A stretch of 64,000 bases of DNA from Candidatus Nomurabacteria bacterium (GTDB taxonomy: Bacteria > Patescibacteriota > Minisyncoccia > Phycocordibacterales > UBA9973). Both the position numbers and the translations under genes were made by a program. The notes beneath the pieces are model-generated. The model was given only the letters and a program-made list of their open reading frames with translations. It did not search any database and had not been told where the DNA came from. Below, one piece after another: positions 10,345-20,912 of this stretch (the first letter of the stretch is position 1; every line of letters begins with the position of its first letter). Where the stretch lies: assembly GCA_026396065.1 (NCBI GenBank), contig JAPLXO010000008.1:1056-65055 (forward strand), given 5' to 3'.

Positions 10345-10776
10345 ATGAAAAAAACAATTATAGTTATCATAGTTTTAGTAGTTATTATTGGAGTTTATTA
10401 TTTTGTTTCAAATAAAAAGTCGTATGATGTTCCTACTTTGATGGATAATTCACAAGTACAAACACAAACAAATCCAGAACCTGTTGTAAACACAAATACA
10501 ATCACTACTAATGTCGCTCCTTTAAATGCTAGTGTAAGTATAAAGAATTTCTCATTTAGTCCAGCAACTTTGAATGTTAAAACAGGTACAAAGGTAACTT
10601 GGGTTAACAATGATAGTGTGGGTCATACAGTCACTTCCGACACAAATGGTATTTTTGACTCAGGTATTATTTCTCCAGGGCAGTCTTTTAGTTTCACTTT
10701 TGTTAATGCTGGTTCAATTGGTTACCATTGCACTCCTCATCCTATGATGAAGGGTAATGTGGTTGTAGAAAATTAA
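10345..10776 (+). CDS. Cupredoxin (plastocyanin/amicyanin-like) copper-binding protein
   Basis: HTVT and YHCTPHPMMKG copper ligands; N-terminal TM. Confidence 0.9.
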   Translation: MKKTIIVIIVLVVIIGVYYFVSNKKSYDVPTLMDNSQVQTQTNPEPVVNTNTITTNVAPLNASVSIKNFSFSPATLNVKTGTKVTWVNNDSVGHTVTSDTNGIFDSGIISPGQSFSFTFVNAGSIGYHCTPHPMMKGNVVVEN

Positions 10777-10793
10777 AGAATTAGTTTGAGTTT

Positions 10794-10825
10794 AACAAAA
10801 AGTCCCTTGTAAGGGACTTTTTGTT
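10794..10825. terminator. Bidirectional intrinsic terminator
   Basis: aacaaaaagtccctt/aagggactttttgtt between convergent genes. Confidence 0.7.
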
Positions 10826-10827
10826 TT

Positions 10828-11241
10828 TTATTCTATTTTGTTACTCATTGTACCTTGAACCATCGCTCGTAGAGTTTTTATAGAAAGGTAAGTCGCAAAG
10901 AAAAACAATAATGCTAGAGCTTGATTTGTCCAAAAGAAGGCTACATTTAAAGGATTATAACTTGGTAAATTTTGGTAAGTATTAAATGCATAATATTCAA
11001 ACATTGCTAATGCGAGTGGTGGAATGATAGATCCTATTATAAAAACTGATTTTGATAATGGGTTGATAAGTCCACCCACTATTACAAAAAGAATAATTAT
11101 AAAAATTGGAACATATATTGGTAGATTAATTAGATTATTAAAAAAAGGAAAAGAGACGAGCATTACAAGACCACCTACTATAAAGATGTTTCTAATAATT
11201 TTCCCATAATAATGTCCTTGATAGTGAATTTTTTGATCCAT
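10828..11241 (-). CDS. Hypothetical 4-TM membrane protein
   Basis: Four hydrophobic segments; TATACT 6 nt upstream of ATG. Confidence 0.7.
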   Translation of the reverse strand: MDQKIHYQGHYYGKIIRNIFIVGGLVMLVSFPFFNNLINLPIYVPIFIIILFVIVGGLINPLSKSVFIIGSIIPPLALAMFEYYAFNTYQNLPSYNPLNVAFFWTNQALALLFFFATYLSIKTLRAMVQGTMSNKIE

Positions 11242-11264
11242 ACCTTAAGTATATCAAACCTCTT

Positions 11265-12035
11265 TTATAGGGCAAGACTTTTTAAAAATTCTGCTAGTTC
11301 TTTACCTAAAATAGGCCTAAATACTCCTGTTTTCAGGTCTAAAAGTTTAATATTCATAACACTAATTCTCTTTAAGTCTTCAACTTCGTTGAAGACTGCT
11401 GAAACCATTCTACGGATTTGGTGTGTTTTTCCTTCGATAATAGTAATAGAAAATTTATTTTCACTTAATACTTTTATTTTTGCTGGTTTAGTGACATATC
11501 CTTCTATATTTATTCCTCCTTCCATCTTTTCTTTAAAATTATCTCGAAGCTTTCTAGCGACTACGACCTCGTATTCTTTTTGGTGTTCATATTTTGGATT
11601 GAGTAATCTGTCTGTCACACGTCCATCATTTGTAAGTAAAATTAATCCATGAGAATTTCTATCTAGTCGTCCTAGAGGAAATAAATTTATTTTTTTGAGT
11701 TCAGCTGGAAGGGAAGATATTATATCCTCCTCTTCTTTTTCTTGAGAACTAGTGATCATACCTACTGGTTTGTTGAATGCATAATATGAGTATTTAGGAA
11801 TTTCTTCTTTTCCATATTTTACTTCAATCATATCAGTTTCTTTTATTTTATCTCCAATCTTTGCTAAAACACCGTTTATCGTAACTTTTTTAGATGTAAT
11901 TAATTCGTCCGCATTGCGACGTGTAGCATAATTTTTTAATGCAAGGTATTTATTGATACGCATTGGGTAAGGCTCTTTGTTGGGAATTGGGCTTCTAGAA
12001 GTCAGCTTTTTCTTTTTTGGTTTATATTGTTGCAT
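11265..12035 (-). CDS. rRNA pseudouridine synthase, RsuA/RluB/RluF family
   Basis: S4 domain MRINKYLA, GRLD catalytic motif, EGKTHQIRRM. Confidence 0.92.
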   Translation of the reverse strand: MQQYKPKKKKLTSRSPIPNKEPYPMRINKYLALKNYATRRNADELITSKKVTINGVLAKIGDKIKETDMIEVKYGKEEIPKYSYYAFNKPVGMITSSQEKEEEDIISSLPAELKKINLFPLGRLDRNSHGLILLTNDGRVTDRLLNPKYEHQKEYEVVVARKLRDNFKEKMEGGINIEGYVTKPAKIKVLSENKFSITIIEGKTHQIRRMVSAVFNEVEDLKRISVMNIKLLDLKTGVFRPILGKELAEFLKSLAL

Positions 12036-12081
12036 CTATAGAGTCTAACATATTTATGATACAATTATAATTGTAGAATTT

Positions 12082-12288
12082 ATGCCAACAAGAATACAGA
12101 TTTTATTAATAGTTATTACTATCTGGGAAATGATCTGGAAGGGTTTTGCTCTTTGGAAAGCTGCACAAAAATCTGAAAGAAATTGGTTTATTGCTCTTTT
12201 AGTTTTAAACACTATTGGTATTTTGCCAATATTCTACTTACTGATTCGAAAGGATAAAGAAGAAAAAAGGGTTGAAAAAAGCTCTTAA
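12082..12288 (+). CDS. DUF5652-like small membrane protein
   Basis: WKGFALWKAA...WFIALLVLNTIGILPIFY pattern. Confidence 0.75.
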   Translation: MPTRIQILLIVITIWEMIWKGFALWKAAQKSERNWFIALLVLNTIGILPIFYLLIRKDKEEKRVEKSS

Positions 12289-12454
12289 TTATGCTAGATT
12301 GTAAATGCTTAAAGTGACGGCTCGGATTAAAATCCTCGCACCGTCACAATGCTTTAGTTTGTGGTAATACCATCGACAAAAAGCAAAGCAGTTTGCTTTT
12401 TGTAGGCGTAGCTGTTTTGATAGATAACAGCAAAGTCGAAAGCAAGTAAATTTT

Positions 12455-12530
12455 GTCGGCGTAGCTCAGTTGGTAGAGCGGAGGACTCATAAGCCTCAGG
12501 TCACAGGTTCAATCCCTGTCGCCGACACCA
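12455..12530 (+). tRNA. tRNA with CAT anticodon (elongator Met or Ile2), CCA encoded
   Basis: GTCGGCG/CGCCGAC acceptor stem, CTCATAA loop, GGTTCAATCC, 3' ACCA. Confidence 0.92.
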
Positions 12531-12571
12531 CTTCGCTCTTATGAGAGGAGGATAAGTAATTTAAGAAATAC

Positions 12572-12645
12572 GCGATCGTAGCTCAATTGGTTAGAGCACC
12601 CGCCTGTCACGCGGGAGGTTGCCGGTTCAAATCCGGTCGGTCGCG
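12572..12645 (+). tRNA. tRNA-Asp(GTC)
   Basis: CCCGC-CT-GTC-AC-GCGGG anticodon arm; GGTTCAAATCC. Confidence 0.95.
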
Positions 12646-12719
12646 CAGAAAAAAATGACCTTGAGAAATCAGGGTCATTTTTGTGTACTAATTGTAGGGA
12701 GAACTGGTATAATTAAATT

Positions 12720-13124
12720 ATGAACGAAACAACATTGTATTCACAATTGATTAAACCTACTTGGGCTCCACCTAGCTGGCTATTTGGTCCAGTGTGGACA
12801 GTGCTTTATGTAATAATTGCATTTTCGTTTGGTACAGTATTTTATAAAGTGTTTACCAAACAGATTCCGTGGATAGTGGCATTACCTTTTGTGCTCAATC
12901 TAATTTTCAACCTTGCTTTCCCACCAATACAATTTCGTTTGGTGAATAATTTTCTTGCATCAATAGATATTTTGCTCGTTGTCGGTACACTCGTCTGGGG
13001 ACTCTATATAGTCTGGCACAATGTGCCTGAGCTCCGCTGGGTCGTTTATGTTAACATTCCATACCTCATCTGGGGTGTATTTGCTACAACAGTACAATTA
13101 GCCATAACTTATTTAAATAGATAA
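12720..13124 (+). CDS. tspO: TspO/MBR tryptophan-rich sensory protein
   Basis: KPTWAPPSWLFGPVWTVLY, PYLIW motifs. Confidence 0.9.
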   Translation: MNETTLYSQLIKPTWAPPSWLFGPVWTVLYVIIAFSFGTVFYKVFTKQIPWIVALPFVLNLIFNLAFPPIQFRLVNNFLASIDILLVVGTLVWGLYIVWHNVPELRWVVYVNIPYLIWGVFATTVQLAITYLNR

Positions 13125-13181
13125 TATCTTTATAAAACTTTAAGTTATAGTATTTCTTATTTGTTTTGCTATACTTACTTT

Positions 13182-13523
13182 ATGGAAAGATTAATGGGAG
13201 AATTCCCACAAAATATCACTACTGTAAAAGAAAAGATAATTCCTCAAGAATTAAGCTTGTTCGTAAAAGAAAAGAAGATCCTTTCGGATCAGTTTCTTTC
13301 TGTTGTTGTATTGAGAGATAATCTGTGGAATCAAGAGGCTGGTTTACTGGAAGAATATTCTAAAAATAAGAAAGACATAGAAAAGCAAAAAGAGATTAGT
13401 AGTCAATTAAATGATCTTAAAATTAAAATAAAAAATGCTAAACAAGAGTTTCTAAAAATAGAAAAGAAAATAGAAGAATTTGATCAAAAAGTAGAACTAC
13501 TAACTAATATTGGAAAAAATTAA
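13182..13523 (+). CDS. Hypothetical coiled-coil protein
   Basis: K/E-rich ORF; ATG 6 nt after TATACT. Confidence 0.6.
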   Translation: MERLMGEFPQNITTVKEKIIPQELSLFVKEKKILSDQFLSVVVLRDNLWNQEAGLLEEYSKNKKDIEKQKEISSQLNDLKIKIKNAKQEFLKIEKKIEEFDQKVELLTNIGKN

Positions 13524-13582
13524 AAGTTTAAATATTATTTTTTTAAGTTTTAATTTGTCGTTAGAACTGCTATAATTACTTT

Positions 13583-15364
13583 GTGAAAAATATTTTATTA
13601 AACAATCCAGTTGTTTATCTTTGGCGTAAGATGTATTTCTATGCTAAAGATAGACGTAAAAATATAAAAATAGCGACGACTTTATTTGTCTTTGCAAACA
13701 TAGCTGATGCGTCTCAGCCTCTTGTTTTTGGTTTACTTTTAAATTTTATTCAAAAAAATGGAATAACCAAAGAAAATTTAACACATTTATTTTTAATTTT
13801 GCTTCTTTTCCTAGCATCAGAAATTGTTTTCTGGGCTTTTTGGGCGCCAGCAAGAATCATAGAGCAAAAGACTGCTTTCATGGCCAAGAAAAACTATAAA
13901 GAATATTTGTTAAATGGAGTCATGGCTTTTCCTTTATCTTGGCACACCGATCATCATTCAGGAAATACAATAGATAAAATAGAAAAGGGTACAAATTCCT
14001 TATTTTCTTTTTCTGAAGATTCATTTATGTTTATTCAAGCAGTTGTGCGACTTGTGATTTCTCTTGGAGCTTTAATTTATTTAGACTTTTTTGCTTCTCT
14101 AGTCGTAATCGTAGTATCTTCTTTTATTTTTTATGTTATGTTTGTTTATGATAAGAAATTAATTCCTGGGTATAAAATAGTTAATCGCATGGAAAATGGA
14201 ATTTCTGCCAAAGTTTATGATGTGATAAGCAATATTACTACTGTAATAATTCTTCGTGTAGAGAATTTAGTTTTTAAAACTATTAGTAGTTCTATCGATA
14301 CACCATTTCCGCAGTTTAAAAAGAATATTGTAAACAACGAAATGAAATGGCTTTGGGCTGCAATATTGGGACAACTTTCCGTAATTATAACTATAAGTAT
14401 TTATCTTTTTTCTAATCTATCAAAAGGCAATATAATTTTAGTTGGATCTGTATATATTTTATATAGTTATGCTTTTAAAGTGAGAGAGACATTTTTTAGT
14501 TTTGCTCAACTTTACAATAACGCAGTGAGATGGAGGTCCAATATTGCAAATGCTGAAGAAATTTCAAAAGATTTCATAGATGCAAAATTATCAAAAAATA
14601 AACATTTACCTAAAAATTGGTCTACTCTTTCAATTAAAAATTTGTCTTTTTCTTATCACGATGAGTCTGATGCAGATTTACATTTAGATAATATAAATAT
14701 TAATTTAAAAAAAGGTGAAAAAATTGCAGTTATTGGCGAAAGTGGTGGAGGTAAGACAACATTCTTAAAACTTTTCCGTGGACTTTATTTGCCTAAAAAT
14801 ATCAATTTAGAAATTGATAATAAAGAATTTGCTGAAGATTTCAATCTTATTAGTGAATCAATTTCTTTGATACCACAAGATCCTGAAATTTTTTCTACTA
14901 CTATTAAAGAAAATATTACACTTGGTGTAAACTATAAAGAAAGTGAACTTAAAATTTTTACAGATATGGCTTCCTTGACTGAGGTGATTTCTAGATTACC
15001 TAAAGGTTTGGAATCAAGTATTGTAGAAAAGGGTGTAAATTTAAGTGGAGGTGAAAAGCAACGTCTGGCTTTGGCTCGTGGTCTTTTAGCCTCAAAAGAC
15101 AAAGATATAATTCTTCTTGATGAGCCTACAAGTAGTGTGGACTTTCATAATGAATTAAAAATTTATGAAAATATTTTCTCTGCTTTACCAGATAAAACAA
15201 TTATTTCTTCAATTCATAGGTTACATCTTTTGCCACTTTTTGATAATATATTCTTTTTTAAAGATGGCAAGATTGTAGCAGAAGGGAATATTGATGAATT
15301 GAAAGAAAAATCAAAAGACTTCAAAAAACTTTGGGCTAAATACTTAAAGACTCAAAATCAGTAA
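13583..15364 (+). CDS. ABC exporter, fused permease and ATP-binding domains
   Basis: TM domain plus [24 protein letters not shown]. Confidence 0.93.
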   Translation: MKNILLNNPVVYLWRKMYFYAKDRRKNIKIATTLFVFANIADASQPLVFGLLLNFIQKNGITKENLTHLFLILLLFLASEIVFWAFWAPARIIEQKTAFMAKKNYKEYLLNGVMAFPLSWHTDHHSGNTIDKIEKGTNSLFSFSEDSFMFIQAVVRLVISLGALIYLDFFASLVVIVVSSFIFYVMFVYDKKLIPGYKIVNRMENGISAKVYDVISNITTVIILRVENLVFKTISSSIDTPFPQFKKNIVNNEMKWLWAAILGQLSVIITISIYLFSNLSKGNIILVGSVYILYSYAFKVRETFFSFAQLYNNAVRWRSNIANAEEISKDFIDAKLSKNKHLPKNWSTLSIKNLSFSYHDESDADLHLDNININLKKGEKIAVIGESGGGKTTFLKLFRGLYLPKNINLEIDNKEFAEDFNLISESISLIPQDPEIFSTTIKENITLGVNYKESELKIFTDMASLTEVISRLPKGLESSIVEKGVNLSGGEKQRLALARGLLASKDKDIILLDEPTSSVDFHNELKIYENIFSALPDKTIISSIHRLHLLPLFDNIFFFKDGKIVAEGNIDELKEKSKDFKKLWAKYLKTQNQ

Positions 15365-15419
15365 AAACAAAAACAGTCAGCTAAAATAGCTGACTGCCTG
15401 TTAAATATTTTTTTGAAAA

Positions 15420-16118
15420 TTAAAATTTGTTGTTGAAAAATTCAATGAATCGTTCAACAACAGGAATACTTTCAAGTATGTTGTCTACGTGGTCTCCACG
15501 ACGTAGCTCATACGTAATAGTTGGTATTTTTCTCTCATAACCAGCATATGTGCCAAGGCATCCAGGAGTAGGGTAGCCCATTTCGTCCCCCCTAGTTATC
15601 TTTTTGTAAGGTGATACTTCAAAAAGATAATTTGCTAAATCCATAACTCCAGTATCATCATCTCCGTTTGCATTAATTTGTGGATCTTTAAATGAGTGTA
15701 AAGTCAGGATTCCTTTTGGTTTGTAAAGATCAATAAGTTCCATCAAGGCCTTATTTTCTGGCTCACTACCAGCAAATGGTCCAGGAGGATAGCGATCATT
15801 GAATTTTTCTGCACTCCAGTCTAAGGTTGGGAGATTTCTGTTTAAATCAACCTTATTTCCATTCGTGCGTTGCTTTAAAGCCACACCATCGGGGTTTGCC
15901 TGAGGTATAACTAATACGTTCACATTTGAATATGGAAATTTAACTCTCCAAGGTATTTCAAAGTGATCTAATAACCAAAGCCCTTCTACTTCGTCACCAT
16001 GAATGGTAGCTAAGATTAGGATTAGTGGCAAGTTCTGTTTTTTGTTGTTTTTAAAGAAAAGGTAACCAATTAGGTCATTCTTTAGTGCGGATTTACCGTA
16101 AATAATTCTTCTTATCAT
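15420..16118 (-). CDS. mpaA: M14 zinc carboxypeptidase, murein peptide amidase MpaA-like
   Basis: HGDE, NPDG, RTNGNKVDLNRN, SEPE, GYPTPGCLG, ITYEL motifs. Confidence 0.8.
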   Translation of the reverse strand: MIRRIIYGKSALKNDLIGYLFFKNNKKQNLPLILILATIHGDEVEGLWLLDHFEIPWRVKFPYSNVNVLVIPQANPDGVALKQRTNGNKVDLNRNLPTLDWSAEKFNDRYPPGPFAGSEPENKALMELIDLYKPKGILTLHSFKDPQINANGDDDTGVMDLANYLFEVSPYKKITRGDEMGYPTPGCLGTYAGYERKIPTITYELRRGDHVDNILESIPVVERFIEFFNNKF

Positions 16119-16219
16119 GTTATTTGGTTTTAGTTTATTTGTCTCAAAATAGCATTTATTTTTGACAAAGTCAATTTTAAAGTTTTTATATTCAATAAAT
16201 AGTTGCTATAATAGCAACT

Positions 16220-17041
16220 ATGAATAGTCATGAAGGTTTTAATCCTTTAAAAGTAGAGACAGTAAAAACTCCTGAAGGGGGGCAGGTTTCTTTTTGTCCT
16301 GAGCGGGGTGGAATTATTACTTCAATAAAATTACACGGTCAAGAAATTTTATATTTAGACCAAGCAACGTTTCAAGATAAGACAGTGAATGTAAAAGGTG
16401 GTATTCCAATACTTTTCCCAAATGCTGGGCCAGTTGAAAGTTCAGAGTTCCCAAATTTAAAACAACATGGTTTTGCTCGAGAGTCTTCTAAGTGGAATGT
16501 TATTAAAACTCACGACGGTTTTAAGGAAACTTTGATACAAGAAAAAGAAAACTCAGCTTCATATCCTTATAATTTTAAATTATCTATAGAGGGGCAATTT
16601 AAAAACAATGGATCATTCACAGTAAAACAAAAAGTAGAAAATTTAGAAGAAAATAAGGAACTTCCAATTTCTATGGGTCTGCATCCTTATTTTAGAGTTT
16701 CGAATGATGATAAAAAAAATATCAAATTTAACTTTGAAGGTGGAAAGACAGTAGAAGAAGATTTTGAAACTTGGGCAAATGGAAAAGCTGTCAAAATAGA
16801 CAATCCAAAAGTAAAAGATTCCTTTGCTGTTATGGAGGTAGTTATTCCAAATATAGGGACACTTGTAATTGATGCATCTCCAGAGTATCAAAAAATCTGG
16901 GTGTGGTCTATGCAAGATAAGGACTTTTTTTGCGTTGAACCAGTCATGAGAAATAGCGGTGGTCTCGTTAATGATCCAGAAAAAGTTAAGTCAAAGGGAA
17001 GTTTTACTGCGAGTGTAAATTTTAAGTTAAAAAGAGATTAG
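16220..17041 (+). CDS. Aldose 1-epimerase / galactose mutarotase-like protein
   Basis: GGIPILFP, HGFAR, GLHPYF, FCVEP motifs. Confidence 0.9.
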   Translation: MNSHEGFNPLKVETVKTPEGGQVSFCPERGGIITSIKLHGQEILYLDQATFQDKTVNVKGGIPILFPNAGPVESSEFPNLKQHGFARESSKWNVIKTHDGFKETLIQEKENSASYPYNFKLSIEGQFKNNGSFTVKQKVENLEENKELPISMGLHPYFRVSNDDKKNIKFNFEGGKTVEEDFETWANGKAVKIDNPKVKDSFAVMEVVIPNIGTLVIDASPEYQKIWVWSMQDKDFFCVEPVMRNSGGLVNDPEKVKSKGSFTASVNFKLKRD

Positions 17042-17045
17042 TTTT

Positions 17046-19394
17046 ATGCGGAAATTTGAACTTTATCGACGTGTTTTACCTAGTATTACTCCAATACTTT
17101 TTCGTAATATAGTAATTTTAGTAAATGGAATTATTTTTGGAGTTGTAATTTTACTTTCTATTTTTGGCAATAAACAAGCAGCGCTTTTTATTGGAATAGT
17201 TTTTATTGTAAATATCTTACTAGGTGTAATTCAGGATATTCGTGCGCGAGTAATGCTAGAGCGTTTACAAATGCTCACAGCACTTAAAGCAATTAGATTA
17301 AATAAAGATGGTAGCGAAAAGGAAATTTTTGCTGAAGAAATAATACTTGGAGATGAAATAAAATTAAAACTTGGTGATCAGGTTCCTTGTGATGGTTTAT
17401 TGTTCTCCGCAAATAATTTGGAAGTGAGTGAGGCCTTGCTCACTGGTGAATCAGATTCTTTTCCCAAAAAAGAAGGTGAGAAGCTTGTTGCTGGAAGTAT
17501 TATTACTTCTGGTGTAGGAATAATAAGAGTAGATAATATTTTTAAAGAAAGTAGAATTTCAAGAATCACTGATGATGCAAAAAAATATGCTTTAAATCCT
17601 AGCTCCATTCAGCGTTCGATGGATACTGTAATAAAATATTCTGGATATATTTTAATTTTAAGTTTAATTTTTGTTGTCATACGTGGTTTTATAGCTCACG
17701 AATCATATATAGATATAGTGATGCATATTGGGGCCTTGGCTAGTATTATCGTGCCACAAGGTTTAATGGTCATTACAACATTACTTTTCACTATTGGAGC
17801 ATCTAGTTATTCTCGTCACAATGTTTTATTTCAAGAAATAAATGCTACAGAAAAACTTGGACGTATTAAAAATCTTTGTATGGATAAGACTGGTACTTTG
17901 ACTGATAATATTTTAGTGGTCGAAAATGTATTTATGCCAGAAGGAATTTCAAAAGAATTAGTTTTCGACTTAACTTCTATTTATATAAATGGATCAGGTG
18001 ATTCGTCACAGACAATCCTTGCAATAGAAAAATATATTGGATCAGAAGTAACAAAAAGAAATGAATCCATTAATGCATTACCATTTTCTTCATGGCGACA
18101 ATATGGTGCAGTTTCAATTGGAGAAAAGCTTGGTCATGGAGCAGTTTTTGTGGGTACTGCTAGTGTTTTTCTTCCTCAAATTTCAAATAGTGTAGAAAAA
18201 AAATGGCTTGAAGATATTTTGCAAAAAAATGCTCACACTGGAAAAAGAATTTTATGCGTTGTTAGGTCTGAAGTAAACGAATTACCTAGAGAGCTTTCAA
18301 AAACAAATCTTTCTGTAGTAGCAGTTTTTATATTCACAAATACTTTGCGTTTAGGCGTAAAAGAAGCAATCAAATTTTTCCAAGATAGAGATATAAAAAT
18401 AAGAATTATTTCTGGAGATAATCCAGATACAGTCCGCGCAGTTACTACTTCTGTGGGTATAAAAAATAGTGAAAATGTTATTTCTGGAAATGAAATTTCT
18501 AAATGGAAAGATGAAGATTTTGAAAAGAAGGTTCACGATTACACAGTTTTTGCACAAATTTTACCTGAACAAAAATTAAAGCTTATTGAAGCGTTTAAAA
18601 AAGATGGTTTTACTGCAATGGTTGGTGATGGAGTAAATGATGCTCTTGCAATAAAACGAGCAGATTTGGGTATTGCAATGTTTGATGGAGCACCTGTCAC
18701 ACGCCAAGTTGCTGGAGTAATTTTAACTAATAGCACATTTACAGATTTACCAGGTGCTGTAGAATTGTCGGATAATTTTATTCGTAGTATTGGAATGAAC
18801 GCTGGAATTTTTATAAATCAAAGTTTGATCGGTTTGTTCTTTTTTATTATCATAAGTTTATTTGGTTATGCATTTACACTTACACCACTAAATATAACCG
18901 CCATAAATTACTTCACTGTTGGAATTCCAGGGATGCTTATTGGTTATTGGGCTATTCAACCATCTAGGAAAAATTTTCCATCAAATGGAAAATCTTTTCT
19001 TCGACAGATTATGCCTTTTGTTTTATGTTCTGCTATTTTTGAATCAATAGCTATTGCTTTAGTATTTTTCTTTAGTCCAGAATATTTGAAAATGGCGCAA
19101 TCTAATACTCTAGTGATACTCGGCTTTATTGTTTCTGGTTTTATCTTTTTAGCTTTAGCACCAAATGTATATTCCGCCTCTCTTACTAAAAAAGAAAAAT
19201 TTCACTTATTTATACTTGCTATAGTTGAAATTATTTTAATGATGTTAATCTTAAGAAGTTCTATTCTCGTTCATTTCTTTAATATAACTACTCCATATCC
19301 TCCTATCAATTTTGTAGCTCAATCATTACTTATTTTATTAGCTTTTGGCATTGTTCAGTATTTTATAATGAAAAAGTTTTTTATTAAAAGATAA
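17046..19394 (+). CDS. P-type ATPase (CtpE-like architecture)
   Basis: LTGES, DKTGTLT, SGDN, GDGVND motifs; M4 motif reads PQGL. Confidence 0.9.
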   Translation: MRKFELYRRVLPSITPILFRNIVILVNGIIFGVVILLSIFGNKQAALFIGIVFIVNILLGVIQDIRARVMLERLQMLTALKAIRLNKDGSEKEIFAEEIILGDEIKLKLGDQVPCDGLLFSANNLEVSEALLTGESDSFPKKEGEKLVAGSIITSGVGIIRVDNIFKESRISRITDDAKKYALNPSSIQRSMDTVIKYSGYILILSLIFVVIRGFIAHESYIDIVMHIGALASIIVPQGLMVITTLLFTIGASSYSRHNVLFQEINATEKLGRIKNLCMDKTGTLTDNILVVENVFMPEGISKELVFDLTSIYINGSGDSSQTILAIEKYIGSEVTKRNESINALPFSSWRQYGAVSIGEKLGHGAVFVGTASVFLPQISNSVEKKWLEDILQKNAHTGKRILCVVRSEVNELPRELSKTNLSVVAVFIFTNTLRLGVKEAIKFFQDRDIKIRIISGDNPDTVRAVTTSVGIKNSENVISGNEISKWKDEDFEKKVHDYTVFAQILPEQKLKLIEAFKKDGFTAMVGDGVNDALAIKRADLGIAMFDGAPVTRQVAGVILTNSTFTDLPGAVELSDNFIRSIGMNAGIFINQSLIGLFFFIIISLFGYAFTLTPLNITAINYFTVGIPGMLIGYWAIQPSRKNFPSNGKSFLRQIMPFVLCSAIFESIAIALVFFFSPEYLKMAQSNTLVILGFIVSGFIFLALAPNVYSASLTKKEKFHLFILAIVEIILMMLILRSSILVHFFNITTPYPPINFVAQSLLILLAFGIVQYFIMKKFFIKR

Positions 19395-19416
19395 TAAAGT
19401 ATGCTAAAGTACATTT

Positions 19417-20160
19417 ATGCAAAATACAGAACAAATTAATACTAAAGGCGAGAAAAAGTTGTTTTTTTCTATTGTTATTCCAGCTCACAATGAAGCCTTG
19501 TATATAGAAAACACTTTGAATAAAATAGAATTATTGGAATACACAAAAGAGTTGTATGAAGTGATTGTCATTGAAAATGGTTCAAAAGATGATACTTATA
19601 ATATTGCAAAAAAGTTTGAAATAGGGAATATACATATTTTCACTTCTCCTAAAAAAGGAATATCACCAGCAAAAAATCTAGGTATAGAAAAAATAAATAC
19701 TAAAAGTGATTGGACTGTTTTTTTAGATGCTGACACGGTGCTCGAAAAAAACTTTTTAATAGACTTAAATAATTTTTTAATTAAAGACCTTGGTGAAATT
19801 TATTCAGTTGGCACAACAAAAATAAAACCTTTTCCTGCAAGTAAAAAAGCAAATCGCTGGTTTGCTTTTTATGATTTGGGACATAAGTTCACTAAGACTT
19901 CATATGCAATACAGATAATAAAGAGTAAGTTATTATCCAAGGTTCATTTTCGCGAAGACTTGGATATGGGAGAAGATCTGAAATTTATTGATGAGGCGCG
20001 AAAGTTTGGAAAATTTTTCTTTTTAGAAACAGATGAAGTTTACACATCTATTCGCAGATTTGAAAAAGAAGGTTGGTGGCATATATTTATTTATTGGAAC
20101 TTTGTCGCATTATTACCTGATAAATTAAAAAGAAAGTTTATATATAAAGTAGTAAGATGA
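19417..20160 (+). CDS. Glycosyltransferase family 2
   Basis: SIVIPAHNE, FLDAD, GED, TSIRRF. Confidence 0.9.
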   Translation: MQNTEQINTKGEKKLFFSIVIPAHNEALYIENTLNKIELLEYTKELYEVIVIENGSKDDTYNIAKKFEIGNIHIFTSPKKGISPAKNLGIEKINTKSDWTVFLDADTVLEKNFLIDLNNFLIKDLGEIYSVGTTKIKPFPASKKANRWFAFYDLGHKFTKTSYAIQIIKSKLLSKVHFREDLDMGEDLKFIDEARKFGKFFFLETDEVYTSIRRFEKEGWWHIFIYWNFVALLPDKLKRKFIYKVVR

Positions 20161-20164
20161 ATTT

Positions 20165-20878
20165 ATGAAAATTAGTTTAGTAATCCCAGCTTATAATGAA
20201 GAGAAATATATTGGCATTTGTCTCGAAAGTGTATTTAAAAATGCGCCAGATTTTTTTCATGAAATAATCGTGATAGATAATGCTAGTACAGACAAAACAA
20301 AAGAAGTAGTAGAAAAATTTCAAGGTGTAAAAGTAATACATGAATCACAAAAAGGATTGACCAGTGCAAGACAAAAAGGCCTAGAATCTGCATCCGGAGA
20401 TTTAATTGCGTACATCGATGCTGATACAAAAATGCCAAAAGGTTGGAGAGATAAAGTTATTAAAGCATTTTTTGAAAATCAAAATTTTGTTTGTGTCAGT
20501 GGTCCTTATATTTATCATGATGTTTCTTTTTTAAAGAGTATTTCTGTGTGGATATATTGGCATCTCTTTGCTTATCCTACTTATTTGTTAACAGGTTACA
20601 TGACTGTCGGAGGAAATTTTGTCGCTAAAAAAAGTGCTTTAGAAAAAATAAATGGTTTTGATAAAAGTATTAGTTTTTACGGAGAAGATACAGATATAGC
20701 CAAGAGATTACATAAAGTTGGTAAAGTAAAATTTATGCCAAGTTTGTTTATGTATACTTCTGCACGACGTTTTACAGGACAGGGAACACTTAAAACAGCT
20801 TTTATTTATATGTTAAATTTCCTTTCAGTCGCTATAAAAGGAAAGCCAATTTCAAAAGAGTATAAAGATATACGTTAA
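20165..20878 (+). CDS. Glycosyltransferase family 2
   Basis: SLVIPAYNEE, YIDAD, YGED, TSARRF. Confidence 0.92.
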   Translation: MKISLVIPAYNEEKYIGICLESVFKNAPDFFHEIIVIDNASTDKTKEVVEKFQGVKVIHESQKGLTSARQKGLESASGDLIAYIDADTKMPKGWRDKVIKAFFENQNFVCVSGPYIYHDVSFLKSISVWIYWHLFAYPTYLLTGYMTVGGNFVAKKSALEKINGFDKSISFYGEDTDIAKRLHKVGKVKFMPSLFMYTSARRFTGQGTLKTAFIYMLNFLSVAIKGKPISKEYKDIR

Positions 20879-20912
20879 AGGTGTTTTATGTTAATATATA
20901 TATAGATTAATT

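Noticed and set aside
20868-20896. Possible dif site (TTATGTTAA half)
   Set aside because: Only the XerD-like half matches; expected by chance in AT-rich DNA.
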